Shown: positions 36,956 to 51,786, counted from the first letter of the whole stretch. The stretch is 63,242 bases of DNA, filler included, from Octopus bimaculoides (GCF_001194135.2; 7 parts of 7 records of this genome joined end to end with filler, not necessarily neighbours in it), one strand, 5' to 3'. The notes: generated by a model from the sequence alone, not told the origin. Numbers and translations: made by a program.

Positions 36956-37244
36956 CAATATGTATATGTGATATATATGAGCAAGACAATTTATTTCATC
37001 ACGTTGCTTCGGTTCAATCAGCCATAGAAATGAGTTGCGATGTCACTGGTGCCAAGCTTTATTGGCCTTTGCCTTTCCCTTGGATAACACCAGTGGCGTG
37101 AAGAGGGGAGGCTGGTATGCATGAGCGACTGCTGGTTTTCCGTAAACGATCTTGCCCGGACTTGTGCAGTGGAGGGTACCTTTCTAAGTGTAATCCCATG
37201 GTCATTCATGACCGAAGGGACGCTATATGTAATGTGCGTATATA

Positions 37245-37405
37245 GGCGCAGGTATGGTTGCGTGGACAAGAAGTTTGCTTCCCATACACATGGTTCCGGG
37301 TTCAGTCCTACTACGTGGCACCTTGGATAAATGTCTTCTACTATAGACCCAGGCTGACCAAAGCCCTGTGAGTAGATTTAGAAGACGGAAACTGAAAGAA
37401 GCCCC
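37245..37405 (+). mobile_element. SINE family B
   Basis: ggcgcaggtatggttgcgtgg...gacggaaactgaaagaagccc. Confidence 0.8.
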
Positions 37406-37471
37406 TACAAAAAGACAAGGCATAATGAGGATCGAAGCGCCACAAAGATCAATCATAAAAAAATAAATGGC

Positions 37472-37814
37472 ATGATGGGACTTGATTATTGGGCTCGACT
37501 TAAACAGCTGAAGCTCTATTCTCTGCAACACCACCGTGAGCGATACATTATTTGCACCATGTGGAAAATATTCCACCAATATTATCCAAATGATATTGGT
37601 ATTATGTTTACAATTCACTCAAGACTAGGCTCTCGTGCAATGCGTCCCCTACAAAGGTCGAGACCACATCACATAAGAGCATTGCGACACAATTTCGTCC
37701 CTGCAAATGGTCCTGCACTTTTCAATGTTATCCCAAAAGAAGTTAAAGTAGAAAAAGACCCCACAACTTTCAAACGGTACCTGGACAAATTCCTCCAGGA
37801 AATACTGGATAAAC
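37472..37814 (+). mobile_element. CR1-type LINE 3' end fragment
   Basis: LDYWARLKQLKLYSLQHHRERYIICTMWKI...GPALFNVIPKEV...FKRYLDKFLQEILDK. Confidence 0.85.
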
Positions 37815-38015
37815 NNNNNNNNNNNNNNNNNNNNNNNNNNNNNNNNNNNNNNNNNNNNNNNNNNNNNNNNNNNNNNNNNNNNNNNNNNNNNNNNNNNNNN
37901 NNNNNNNNNNNNNNNNNNNNNNNNNNNNNNNNNNNNNNNNNNNNNNNNNNNNNNNNNNNNNNNNNNNNNNNNNNNNNTATGTATGTATGTATGTATATAT
38001 ATATATTTATATATA

Positions 38016-38953
38016 CATTACCATACAAAAGTCTTCGGACACTTTGAACTATTGTAAATTTCTACTAATTGCCAACTTATAAGTGGATGTTTCGCATTGT
38101 GTTTTTTACATATGAAACATTGGCCCTGTTGGAGTCATTTCCATACCTAATCATTATATTTTGTAGTAGGGGTTCTGAATGAGAGGGGAATATACGAAAC
38201 GATCATCAAAAATGGCGGTGCAAAAGATTTCGGCCGCCTCACATAAACTATTCAAGATACAGTGTTTTAAAACAGAAAAATATCTATAATGAAAATTTAT
38301 TACATAATGTTCATTTCAAGAAGTTCCTGTACATTGTTAACATTTCGTGTGGCTTCCATTAACTTGAATAATTGCTTCAATGCGCCGGGGAAGAGATGCA
38401 TACAAATCCTTAATCATCTTCACAGGTATGAGATGCCATTCTCTGTGGCTGAGCTCCCACAACACTTCAAGATTGCTTGAATTCTTCTGATGAACTCTTC
38501 ACTTTAGTTTTGTCCACATTTGTTCGATGATATTTAAGTCAGGGCTCTGAGCTGGCCAATCTTCCAGTACGGTAACATCTTCACCAGCCAGACTCTGTCG
38601 TGTTGCATGCGATCTGTGACATGGAGCTCTGTCATGCTGAAATATGTCACCTTCATTCAAGTCTGGTATCAAATTGGCCTTCAACAACTGGATGTATTTA
38701 GCACTATTCATGTTCCCGTCAATTTTAACCAACTTTCTAGAACCATCACTTTTTATGTATCCCCAAAGCATCAGACTCTTACCCCCAAACTTCACTGTTT
38801 TCGCCGTGTAACGTGGGTCGTTTCAATTTCTAATAAGCGAGAATTTGTTAGAAGGCCTCTAGTAAAACGCAAATGCGAAACATCTACTTATAAGTTGGCA
38901 ATTAGTAGAAATGAACAATAGTTTAAAGCGGCCGAACATTAAGTGCGTATGTG
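38016..38953 (-). mobile_element. Tc1 (DD34E) transposon with ~100-bp TIRs, internally deleted
   Basis: KFGGKSLMLWGYI...IFQHDRAPCH...WPAQSPDLNIIEQMW. 38030-38110 matches the reverse complement of 38865-38940. Confidence 0.9.
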
Positions 38954-38994
38954 TGTGCTTGTCCACATTCTGTGTTTAATTAATATCAGAAGCA

Positions 38995-39160
38995 CAGGGT
39001 ATGGCTGTGTGATTAAGAAGCTTGCTTGGCAACCATGTGGTTTCAGGTTAAGTCCCAGTTCCTGTCACTTTGTGTAAGCGTCTTCTACTTTCGCCCCGGG
39101 CCTACCCGCCAATCCTTGTTAGCGAATTTGGTTGACGAAAGCTATGAAGAATCTCCTTAT
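38995..39160 (+). mobile_element. SINE family B
   Basis: gcacagggtatggctgtgtgattaagaagcttgctt head. Confidence 0.7.
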
Positions 39161-40289
39161 ATATATATCTGTATAACGTCATACACACACACACACATAT
39201 ATGCCGTGATAAATGCATTAACGACATAGCTCCTTGTTTATTTTCGATATATTACGTATTTTGTACTTCTGTCAGAAATCAGTATCATAATATTATAAAA
39301 ATCAAAACAAACACAAAAGAAGAAAAAAAGAAACAGTTAAGGAGATACCAGCGTAGTGTTAGGTCTCTCTGTTGATTGGCTTTCATGGAAGATAATCCTT
39401 TTAATGTTACCATATATNNNNNNNNNNNNNNNNNNNNNNNNNNNNNNNNNNNNNNNNNNNNTTAATTAATTAANNNNNNNNNNNNNNNNNNNNNNNNNNN
39501 NNNNNNNNNNNNNNNNNTATATATATATATCATATACAAGTGTATATATTTCAATGTTTGCATATGTATGCGTATACCTGAAGATGTACACACACATATA
39601 TAAAATATATTTATAGATACATTTATAAATACGTATATTTTCCTATTTAGTCATCTATATGTATGTATGTATGCATGTATGTATGTATGTATGTATGTAT
39701 GTATGTGTGCGTGCATATGTGTGTGCGCGCGCGCGTGTAGTTTCCTGGTTCGCCGATCTCTGTAGAGACAATAGAGGCCGAATTAATGTTGTACTTGATA
39801 TAGGGAAAGGAGAAAACTAAATGCAATTTTCAAACTCCAAGACAATAATTGTGAAATGAAACATGAGGAAAAAAACTAAAAACATTGAATCGTATTAAAT
39901 ATCTGAAGAATTACTTTGATGTGGAATGGTTTATGAGTGACTGATTCTTGATCAAAGATGAAGAATGATTGAGTGCGAGGTTAGTTTGAAAAGTGCTGCG
40001 AGAAAGTAAGTGGTCTGAGAGTTAAAGAGAAAGTGCGCATGGCCAGACGTAAATGGCAACAATGTTTATTCGAGTTGTATATATACGGATACTCGTGTGA
40101 ACACACTTTATTAAAGATAGTACAATGCTTTTCGTACATGGTAATACGAACGCATATAATATATATATTTTGTATAGCTATTTAGTATATCTATTCTATA
40201 TACTATGGACATACATATGATATATCACTCTCAATATCGTCCCTCCTACGCTCTGTAGCCTACTGGGCAGCAAGTCAATGTTAGCTTCA

Positions 40290-41100
40290 GTTTTCTCTAC
40301 ATCCAGCCATCTGATGTTGGGCTCTCTCGGTGCCTTCTTTATTTATAGTTTTTAGGATATGAAGCCGAGTTTTATCTTCTCAAACAGCCTTGCCACATTT
40401 GAGCGCTACAATCGCCTCCATGATTTGACAACCTATGAGGTTAGACTTAGCCCCTAGATACACCTCGTGTCCACCGGATGGTTTTATTACCATTGGATTT
40501 AGGAGATCAGCAAAATATACACTCCTCCGCTCAAGGATTCTACTCTCTGTAGAGGGAACAACGCTAGCCGAGATTTTAGTAGCCGGTGATGAAGAAGGCT
40601 CTTTGTTAAAAAGTCGACAGATGATCTGCCAGAATACTTGGCAAGCCAATCTAAAGTCAGAATTTAGCTTAATCCAGAGCCCTCCCAATATTTAACCTTC
40701 GTCGTTCTTAATGTCTACTGCAATTTTTTGCACCTCAATGTACTGCATACGCAAAAGGAGAGACTCGTTTCCAAGCCACGCTTTGTAAGCCCCTTTCATT
40801 ATACAGTTGGCATCTATAACTTCCTGGTCAATTTAGCAGGAGAAAGGTGTTCTTTTACCAGCTGGCGTCACACTGATCTGCTTTCATCTTCAGCATTATA
40901 CGGCCGACGAACTAGTTGCCAAACAAAATCATTTCCACTTCCCTTCGACTTCCTCAATTATTGCAAGAATGTCTCTGAATCTGAATGCAGTATTTACCTA
41001 CATTTATTATTCAACGATTTATCCACTTGTAATAACTTCTTCATGCAACTCCATTTGACTGATATTGTCTACAAAATAGTAGATTCAATTTTATAGTCTG
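40290..41100 (-). mobile_element. RTE-clade LINE fragment (EN-RT linker)
   Basis: KLNSDFRLACQVFWQIICRL...YFADLLNP...EAIVALKCGKAV; decayed. Confidence 0.65.
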
Positions 41101-42161
41101 CTGATACAATCAAATTCAATCTTATATTTTTCAACAAACCAATAAAAACAATAGAATTTCATAATAAAAAAGATTTATTAAATTAAAATAAGATTCATTA
41201 AAACAAATTCTATATTTGTTATTAATAACATATATATGCAATAAATATATGTTATTAATAACAGTGATAATGTTTAATGATCAATTACAATAATGTGGTA
41301 GATCTTTATTATAAAAAAAATTGCAGAATTTTCGCTTGAATTTTCACCACAACATTCTCGTTGATGCCAGTCCATCGCGCGGTTGCTCATTTACAGATGA
41401 GTGAATTGGAGTAAGGTGAAATGAAGTGTTTTACCCACGAACACAACACATTGCCGGTTCAAGAGCCGAAACTACAATCTTGTGACCATCAGTGGAATAC
41501 CCTAACAACTAGACTACTCACTTGCAAAAGAAATAAAGCAATTGCCATAAATCTATCACTTTAGTGTTGCTTTGATAAAAATACTCAAGTGAAAGGCCTT
41601 TAGCCCTGTTTTTTTTTTCTTGTGCATGTACGTATATAGACGTGTGTATAAATCCTTACGGATTTTTTTTACACTGTTTTACACTTTTTTCTTTGTATTT
41701 TGCCTTTAGCCAAGTTTTTTTGTGTATGTGCGTATATAGACGTGTTTATGAACCTTTTTTCTCGCGTGTCTGTTTGTGAGCGTGTTGCGCGCGTGCGTGT
41801 CTGAGCGTGTATGCGGGTATGTATATATTTTTTGGCGAATGTGTGGGTGAGCATGTGTGTGTTTCAAGTGAGAGTAGATGAGTATATACATATAGGCGCA
41901 TGTACAAGGGTGTGGGGGCGCGCATGTGTATGTAATGACTTGTGCGCTTACGCGAATACTATGGACATTTTTACTCTCTTACATTTACCCCCACCCCTCA
42001 CTTAGCGGTTATTCTAATAGCTTTTTTTTCTTAATAACGATCAACCACACAGCATTTTTTCGATGATCAGATGACTGAAGAGATGGCAGCGTGGGTTTCT
42101 GCCCCGACATCCAAAACTCGGAGTTTTATCATGGCTATCGAATAATTGTCATATTATTTAC

Positions 42162-42194
<33 letters not shown>

Positions 42195-42619
42195 NNNNNN
42201 NNNNNNNNNNNNNNNNNNNNNNNNNNNNNNNNNNNNNNNNNNNNNNNNNNNNNNNNNNNNNNNNNNNNNNNNNNNNNNNNNNNNNNNNNNNNNNNNNNNN
42301 NNNNNNNNNNNNNNNNNNNNNNNNNNNNNNNNNNNNNNNNNNNNNNNNNNNNNNNNNNNNNNNNNNNNNNNNNNNNNNNNNNNNNNNNNNNNNNNNNNNN
42401 NNNNNNNNNNNNNNNNNNNNNNNNNNNNNNNNNNNNNNNNNNNNNNNNNNNNNNNNNNNNNNNNNNNNNNNNNNNNNNNNNNNNNNNNNNNNNNNNNNNN
42501 NNNNNNNNNNNNNNNNNNNNNNNNNNNNNNNNNNNNNNNNNNNNNNNNNNNNNNNNNNNNNNNNNNNNNNNNNNNNNNNNNNNNNNNNNNNNNNNNNNNN
42601 NNNNNNNNNNNNNNNNNNN

Positions 42620-44057
<1,438 letters not shown>

Positions 44058-44060
44058 GGG

Positions 44061-44275
44061 CCAGGGATCCCGCTCAATATCCAGATTAGAGAAATCACCA
44101 AGCCAGAAATCCGCAAAGCTGTGAAGAGCTTAAAGATCGGAAAGGCGGCAGGAGTGGACGGCATACGAGCAGAGGCACTGAAGGCAGGAGGAGAAGAGAT
44201 GATCGATTATATGCACCATGTGCTGAACCTGGTATGGACGACAGAGAAGATCCCAACCGACTGGAAGAAGGGTCT
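44061..44275 (+). mobile_element. RTE RT N-terminal piece, inverted relative to 42620-44057
   Basis: PGIPLNIQIREITKPEIRKAVKSLKIGKAAGVDGIRAEALKAGG...IPTDWKKGL. Confidence 0.85.
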
Positions 44276-44509
44276 TTGGTATCTATGGTACTGGAAAAAT
44301 ATGATCTACTATTGTACTCTATGGTACTGTAAAAATATGATCTTCCTTCTTTACGATCGGAGTTCTAATTCCGCCAAAGTCAACTTTGTCTTTCATCGTT
44401 TCGTGGTTCCTTGTCGATGTGGTCGACTTACCAGCTCTCCGCGATAATTTCAGGTTTAGTGCCCATAGTAGAAAAGACTATGTCTGTCGCTATCATGGAT
44501 AATTTCCAG

Positions 44510-45165
44510 AAACCCCTGGCCTGGCTATGCTACCGAGGAGCACTGCTAGTTTGAAATAAATTTTGCAGGCACGGAAGCACTGTCAGTCGGGATTGTCCAA
44601 AATGTGCGCAGAGCGACGAAACCGTTATGCATATACATTCGTGCTGTGTTCTACTATTGCTGACTCGTGGAGTTATGTCGAATAGCTGTTATCGCGGCCG
44701 AATCCATCGCGAGAATCGCTCCACCATCTACCTTTAACAAGGTAGGCAGGCGGTGTTCCTCTGTCTAGTGGCTATGGAGAAAAAGCTTCTGTGATGGATG
44801 AGGCTGAAAGGAGTGGGGAAAGACACATTCCTCTTCGGTCAAGCTCTCATCGACTCTTTCGAGTACCACTCGGAAACGAGAGTGAGGGTGGAGAGGGAAG
44901 TGCTACCTCCCAGTGAATTTGTAAAAAAAATAGTTGGAGTGAATGACCCTACTCTAAACATATGCCTGTAGATTGGAGAGCAGGAGAGAGGGCTCGTGCA
45001 TTTGGTAGTCAAATAATCCTGTTTCTGAGGGTTGCCATGGTTGCCCCTAGTGGAGTTTCTCCTGAATCAGAAGGACTGTATCGTTCATGTTATTACATAC
45101 TTTGTATACTATGTGTACTTTTATCGCATTTCACCGTCTTTACCACTTCTTTCTCCCCGCCCTTT
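44510..45165 (+). mobile_element. Tx1/L1-clade LINE 3' end (CCHC region and 3' UTR)
   Basis: LAWLCYRGALLV*NKFCRHGSTVSRDCPKCAQSDETVMH. Confidence 0.7.
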
Positions 45166-45189
45166 GTGTAAATCCCCACACAAATTGTT

Positions 45190-46828
45190 GTCTGAGGTAA
45201 AACTTTTGTAAAAGTTTTACTGGGCACTCTATTCTGATTTCTTTTATATTCCTCTTGATGCCTTCTGATACTGTCCCCAAGGACCCAACAATAATTGACG
45301 CTATCTTTACCTTCATTTTTCATAGTCGAGCTATTTCGTATTGAAGAAGATTGTATATGTATAATTTTTCGCCTTCCTTCTTGACAATCCATGTGTTAAA
45401 GGGGCACGCAACATCAGTCATATAGCACATGTGGTTCACCTTGTCCACCACCACTAGGTCCGGTTTGTTAGCTCTAGTACCTGATCTGCTTGGGTTGGGA
45501 AATCCCAGAGGATTTTGCTGGTCTCCGACTCTACCATTCTCTGCCGCTTATGCTCACGTTTCCTTCTATCTCTACCCCTATTTTTCGCATAGTTTCCAAT
45601 GAAGCACTTTCGCTACCTCATTGTGTCTCCACAACTTGTAATGGTTTGAGCAAATGTAGAGCATTTGTTCACGATATGGGCAAAGGTTTCGTCCACTCTA
45701 TTACAGATGCAGCGCAGTGGAAACATTTGCTCATTCATAAAGTTGACCTTCCAATTTGGAGCCGAAGCTCGATCTTGCTCTGCAAATATGGTGCTCTCAG
45801 TCTCCATTCTCAATGCTCCTTTCTTCAGTCAGTCCTATTTGTGTTTTCCAGCAACTTCAGTTGTGGCTACATGGAATTGATTGTGCAGTCCCTGGTTGTT
45901 CGTCATGTTCTTTTTGTTTTTCCTTTTTTCCCTGCTTTCAGTACTTCCTCATCCCTAACTGACACTACCAAAGTTTCCTCGCTTTAGGATAGGTATCTCA
46001 GTAAGATCCCGAGTTCGATACGTACGCAGGTTTCCACACTTATCAGTTACCTTCGTCTCTTCATGTATAAGCAATCAATGCTTGCACGTGGATGATGGGC
46101 TGCATGCATCGTTAGGAGCTTTCTTGTTTTCTTGTCCAATTCCTTTTGTTCTTTCTCTGTCCACTTCAGAATTTTAGCGTCATACCGAACTATTATCACT
46201 GTCCACGAGTTTATTGCTGAAATTATGCTTCTGGCATTTAACTTTAAAGTCAATATTTTTCTCACTCGCCGCCATTGTTCTTTCTTTGTCTTTTCTTTCA
46301 TATCGTTGTGTTTAATCCCATCTGCCTCAAGTACTCCTAGATCCTTATAGCTGGATTGAGGTTGAATTGCTTTCATCATTTCACCACTTGGCAACCATAT
46401 GGCTTCTGTACTGGCAAGCTGACCTCGTCTCATCCTCATCGTAGCACATTTTGAGAGTCCAAACTCCATCTTGGTATCATTCGAAAAAACTCCGCACAGA
46501 CTGCATTAGGCTGTCCAGTTCTGCCTCAAATTTTGCGAACAACTTCAAGTCATCCATGAATAGCCATCCATGAATTCCATTACTGCTTCCCAGATTATAT
46601 CCCATGTTTCTCTTCTGCAATATTTCCCTCAACTGGATCATTCCCAGCACAAAGTTCAGTAGGAATACACTGTCCCCACAGGAAGTTCCGGCTTCCTGAT
46701 TTCACCTCTCCTAACACCTGAATCCCTGCTGTCAATTTAGTTCTCCAAGATTTCATACTGTTTCATATAAGCATCCCATGTTTTCCGCTATTCCATACAT
46801 TTCCATAGTTTTTGTTATCCAAGAGATG
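45190..46828 (-). mobile_element. Dong/R4-clade LINE, 5'-truncated (RT, CCHC, restriction-like endonuclease), decayed
   Basis: SWITKTMEMYGIAEN; MEFGLSKCA...YKDLG...RRVRKILTLKLN; CNRVDETFAHIVNKC; WDFPTQAD; KMKVKIASIIVGSLGTV...LLQK. Confidence 0.9.
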
Positions 46829-46829
46829 T

Positions 46830-46894
46830 TTATTATTATTATTATTATTGTTCAGTAGTTTTATTTTTATAACGTGCTTTCACTTCACTACTAC

Positions 46895-46960
<66 letters not shown>

Positions 46961-46961
46961 G

Positions 46962-46997
<36 letters not shown>

Positions 46998-47047
46998 GTT
47001 ATTATTATTATTTTTATTATTTTTATTATTATCATTATTATTATTAT
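46830..47047. repeat. (TAT/ATA)n microsatellite abutting the Dong/R4 5' end
   Basis: Direct reading. Confidence 0.95.
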
Positions 47048-47049
47048 GT

Positions 47050-47340
47050 GAGGGCGCATGGCCTATTATTTAAGGTATTGCAACATTGTGGTTTCAATTC
47101 CTAGACCAGGTGGTGCGTTGTGTTCTTGAGCAAAACACTTTATCTCAAATTGCTCTGTGGTCGTCTCGACACTGCACGGATGGTACACTGTGCACCTGAT
47201 CAAAACAGCGTGAGATTTGACGGAGAGAATGAAGTAATGTTGCAGCACATTCACTTGATCACAAATAAACAAATCATTTGTGTAGGTCGTTCGGCAAAAG
47301 CTGAACGCTCAAACGTTGCCTTCGACGAGAGAGTCGGTCA
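47050..47340 (+). mobile_element. tRNA-derived SINE (family D-related)
   Basis: gagggcgcatggcctattattt...gtttcaattcctagaccagg...ttcttgagcaaaacactttat. Confidence 0.65.
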
Positions 47341-47368
47341 TTATTATTATAATTATTAATGATCATCA

Positions 47369-47438
<70 letters not shown>

Positions 47439-48015
47439 ATATATTATTAACATTATTGTTGTTACTACTATTCTTATTTGCCCTCAAAATCATTATCATA
47501 ATGATTATAATAATGATGACGGCAGTGGTGATGAAGAAGATCAGGATGGCGATGATAACTAGGAGGAAGAGGCGAAAAATAGCAACATTATTATGGCAAA
47601 CTTGTCTCCAATCTATTTTTAAAATGCATACCACAATATTCAAAAATCGAAAAGAAAAGCGGTATATTTATGTGTGCGTAGATTCATGTATGGGTATGTG
47701 TATATATATACACACATATGTATATATGTATACATATCTGCAAGTGTGTGTATGCATATATGTAGCTATTTGTAAACACACGTACACACGCACTCACATA
47801 TATATACGTGTATGTATGTAAGTATGTGTGCGTGTGCGCGCATGTGTGTATACACATAAGGATACATATACATATGTGCGCGCATACATATGTGTGTGTA
47901 TGTGACAGATTTTACTGGAGGAAAACCCAGAAAAAATCTGTAAGATAGATAAGATTTATAATTATATGATAAATTATTAAACACATACCATACACTTATG
48001 CGCCCACATTTATAA

Positions 48016-48051
<36 letters not shown>

Positions 48052-48254
48052 ATACATATGTATATATACTATATATGCATATATATATATATACGTATAT
48101 ATATATGTATATATACGTATATATACATATATATATACATATATATATATATATNNNNNNNNNNNNNNNNNNNNNNNNNNNNNNNNNNNNNNNNNNNNTT
48201 AATTAATTAANNNNNNNNNNNNNNNNNNNNNNNNNNNNNNNNNNNNNNNNNNNN

Positions 48255-48610
48255 ACTACATACGTCAAGATCACCAGCATTCTACCTCCCACACACAGCC
48301 CCTCGTTCCCGATCACCGTTTGTTATCTCCCCCTTTCTTAGCTCTCCTGAAATAAGAATTTCTAACTTCCGGTCAGTCATTGTTATGATCGGCCATTATT
48401 ATGATCGGCCATTATTATGATTGACCGTTGACTGAACACTATTCAATTTTTTTTCTCCGTGTTTTTCTCCTTGTCTCCGTATTCTTTCTGTTGAAGAGCG
48501 TAGCTCGAAACGTCAAAGACTTTCCGTATTCCCGAGCGTCATACTAATATATACTTTTGTTATTTACACCACCTGTCCTCGTCTGTTGTTATTATTTGTA
48601 TATTCTCTCC
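48255..48610 (+). mobile_element. PLE-like 3' tail with a hammerhead-like motif
   Basis: CT-rich UTR, then tcttt-CTGTTGA-A-gagc(gta)gctc-GAAACGTC-aaaga, then a tail ending in (TA)n. Confidence 0.6.
48483..48519 (+). ncRNA. Minimal hammerhead-like motif, core variant (A6->U)
   Basis: Stem I tcttt/aaaga, stem II gagc/gctc, GAAA-CG-U-C^. The core is CUGUUGA rather than CUGANGA. Confidence 0.45.
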
Positions 48611-48643
<33 letters not shown>

Positions 48644-48689
48644 GAATATATATAAAATATATATATATGAATATATAAGGATTTACTTT

Positions 48690-51640
48690 TCGTAATGAGA
48701 TAAAAATCCAAAGCTGTGTATATTTTAGAACATTTATAAATAGAAGGTCTTACAGTTGTTTCCAGGATATTTATTATATCCCTTCATCGGAGATGGTGCG
48801 AGAGGATGGTTAAGCAATAGTTAAGGAAATAGAAAGTGAATTGGAGGAACGAAGATAGATGTGAGATATGCAGGGATATTGTGTTTGTAAATCCGTTGTT
48901 TAGGCAGAATGGTATACATATCAGATTCCAATACTTTATGAGTAAAATCCAATAGTCTTTAAAATTGGTCATTGCATTTGTAAATCCATTATTAAGATTC
49001 CCATATCCTATGAGTAAAATCCAACAGTCTTTGAAATTGGTCACTCCAAATACAGAGTTTATAGACAGTGTTATTGAATCAAGGGTTCTGTTTAAAGTTA
49101 CCTAAAAGTAGGGAATGTATTAATAGGGTCAAATCGAAAACAGGAAGAGAGGAATAAAGAAAGAGAAAAAAAAGAGAAAGAAACAAAAGGGAAGAGAAAG
49201 AGAACAAAAAAGGAAGAAAATATTTCGAGGAATAAAAAAAAGAAAGGAAAAAGAAATAAAGAAATAGAGGTAAGGGTAAGTGTACCAGACAGTGGTCAGT
49301 GAATATAATAAAGTAGGAATGGGAAGATAAAGGTGATAGAGAAAGAAAGGTTTTAGAGTGTAGAAAGATAGAAGGAATGGGAGGGTCAATTGCAGTGATG
49401 GAATCTAAGTGATGGGGTAGACAAAGGAGTTATTAGTATGGAAAGAAGAATTTAGAATTTAGATGTTTGGACAGGTAGTAGAAGAAATAACAGGTGAAAA
49501 TGTATTCATATGTATATATATATATTAGACATGTATTTTAAACATATTTTCTTAATTATACAGATGTTTATACATATCAATATCTACATATATAACTCGT
49601 ACTCATACGTGCACACCCACATATACGTGTATCTGTATGTATTATCACCCCTGTACATGCAGGTATATATATCTTGTATACATACATACATACATACATA
49701 CATACATACATTCACACTTACACACGTACATACATACGCGCATACACACATGCATATACACGTACATATGCATGGATGCACACGCACACGAATATAATTA
49801 GATAGTTGTGAAATTCGAGTATGAGTGAGAGATTAGATAGGGATTAGAAGATAAAATATAGATTTATAAGGTCATTGGGATTACCTAAGGGGTATTGTGG
49901 AAATGTACTGTATGGTCATTTTGGCATTTGGATTTGTGGTAGAGATTGAATGTGTGAAAAAAGCGGTGGTTACATGTGTTTAGTGCCTCATTATGTTTAT
50001 TTAGCAGAGCTAGAGAGTTGTGCTTTAATATGTGAAGTGCCTCCTTCAGGCAAAATTAGCAGGTTGAGCGTTGACCTCGGTAGGGAAGTCCTGAGTCCAG
50101 TATGGACCATGGTAGAATATAGGATATATTTGTATTTTTGAGATGATGTATGTGGTTAGCGAGTGTTGTAGATTTACTGTGTTTATCGTATCTAAAAGAG
50201 TGGAGGTGAGCGGCATATCGATGCTTAAAGTTTTGGGTTGATCCTATGTGTATGGCTGTAGAATTGTGTAATAGATTAAAGACAGTGCAGTTGTAAATTA
50301 CATTATATCTACTGCAATGGGTTTGTAACGGGCAGATGGTTCCAGGACGGCATTTACAATTAGGTGAGTTTTGGGGACTGTGCTCAGTAATAGAGGAGGT
50401 AGTATCGTCAGTATCGTATAGAATGGGGTAGAAGATTCTATATTAGTATTATTAACGCTATCATTACCAACATTGCTATTATTACTATTGTTATTATTAA
50501 TTGCACTATTTGTAGGGGTGGTAGAGATTGTACTGGTGTTCTGGGCAGTTTCATAATTACCAACATTGCATTATTACTATTGTTGTCATTAATTGCACTA
50601 TTTGTAGGGGTAGTAGTGATTGTATTGGTGTTCTGGGCAGTGTCAGTATGATGGGTTGGGTTGTGGTCTAATATAAGGGTATCTGTGCTGGAGCTGTGCG
50701 TGTGTTGAGTGTTCGTATGACTAGAGTTGTAGTTATGTGAGTTTTGATAGTAAAGAGAGCTTTTGCTTATTAGAGGTTGCTACAATAGATTCGAAGTTGG
50801 GTGAGGTAGAATAAGATAGTTTCAGGTTGGATCTATTAAAGATAGAATGATATTTATGTTGTCGAGGGAAGTTAAACTCTAGTATTTTAAAGAAGGATTT
50901 AGTTAAGTTTTTAACGTTAAGTGAGAATGGGGGTGTGTACCACTTTTTTAGGGGGTCTAGGAGTAGTGCTATCTAAGTTTTTAGATAAAGGAGTGCTATC
51001 TATATTTTTGAGGAAGGTATGCGGGTGGCGAGGCCTGCTATTGTTAGCAGTTTTAGTTGTTTTCGTGTTTGACCTAGTGTTAAATGTGTGTGGGTTTAGG
51101 TTGCCTAGATGTAAGACCTTCCAGGGTTCCATCGATGAGTGTGTGATGGTTGGTGCGTGTTTGGGATGTGATTTCAGATATGTATTGTTTGAGCCTGGTG
51201 TTATGTATGTATTCTATTTGTTCGGAAAATCCGCTAGCGGCGAGTGCTTGATTATAATATGGTGCATGATTATAGAAAATTTCTTCAGTGGAAGAGAGGT
51301 CGGATATGCGGATTGAGATGCCCTCGATAATGTTATTGAAAGTGGATTTGTGGTGGTTGGAATGGATGTTAAGGTATTTAAGGTATTGGTTAGGTTTGTG
51401 GTAAGGGAAGTATTGGGAGGTTGATAAGTTTAAAGTTGCCTCACGAAAGTTAGCAGTTTTGTGAGTGTTTTCGAATATGATAGATAGGTTTAGGTTAGAG
51501 AAGAATTTATTTAGATATTTTCTAATTATTTCTAAGGAGGATTTATTTATGCTTTTAGCAACTAATAAAGCGTCGTCCCTGTATAGGCCTCCCTTGACGT
51601 TAGGGAAGTGTATATGGAGCTGGTGTAGTATATATAGTCC
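48690..51640 (-). mobile_element. Penelope-like element, 3' half (RT motifs and thumb, GIY-YIG, 3' UTR, hammerhead-like motif)
   Basis: GLYRDDALL...PYHKPN..KYLNIHSNH (51080-51640); KYHSIFNRSNLKLSYS (~50790-50850); CPLQTHCSRYNVIYNCTV...HIGSTQNFKHRYAAHLHSF...LLNKHNE (~49990-50340). Frameshifted. Confidence 0.9.
48748..48794 (-). ncRNA. Decayed minimal hammerhead motif at the PLE 3' end (U4->C)
   Basis: atct-CCGAUGA-A-gggauau(aauaa)auauccu-G-GAAAC-AACU-GUA^aga, with near-palindromic ACAACUGU. Confidence 0.45.
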
Positions 51641-51755
51641 AACCAAGTCAGTGAGTACTAGGCTTACAAAGAATAAGTCCTGGGGTCGATTAGCTCGACT
51701 AAAATGGCGGTGCTCCAGCATGGCCACAGTCAAATGACTAAAACAAGTAAAAGAG
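51640..51755 (+). mobile_element. SINE family C tail truncating the PLE ORF
   Basis: agtactaggcttacaaagaataagtcctggggtcgatt...ggcggtgctccagcatggccacagtc. It supplies the spurious N-terminus of ORF 51080-51733. Confidence 0.8.

Positions 51756-51786
<31 letters not shown>

Noticed and set aside
42060-42140. Minus-strand peptide RVLDVGAET resembling methyltransferase motif I
   Set aside because: It stops after 22 codons, and the plus strand reads better as a mariner C-terminal remnant (DDQM..EMAAW...EFYHG).
48380-48430. Short tandem units suggesting a CRISPR-like array (also 5670-5730 and 35510-35565)
   Set aside because: Contiguous 17-18-nt duplications without unique spacers, inside eukaryotic repeats.
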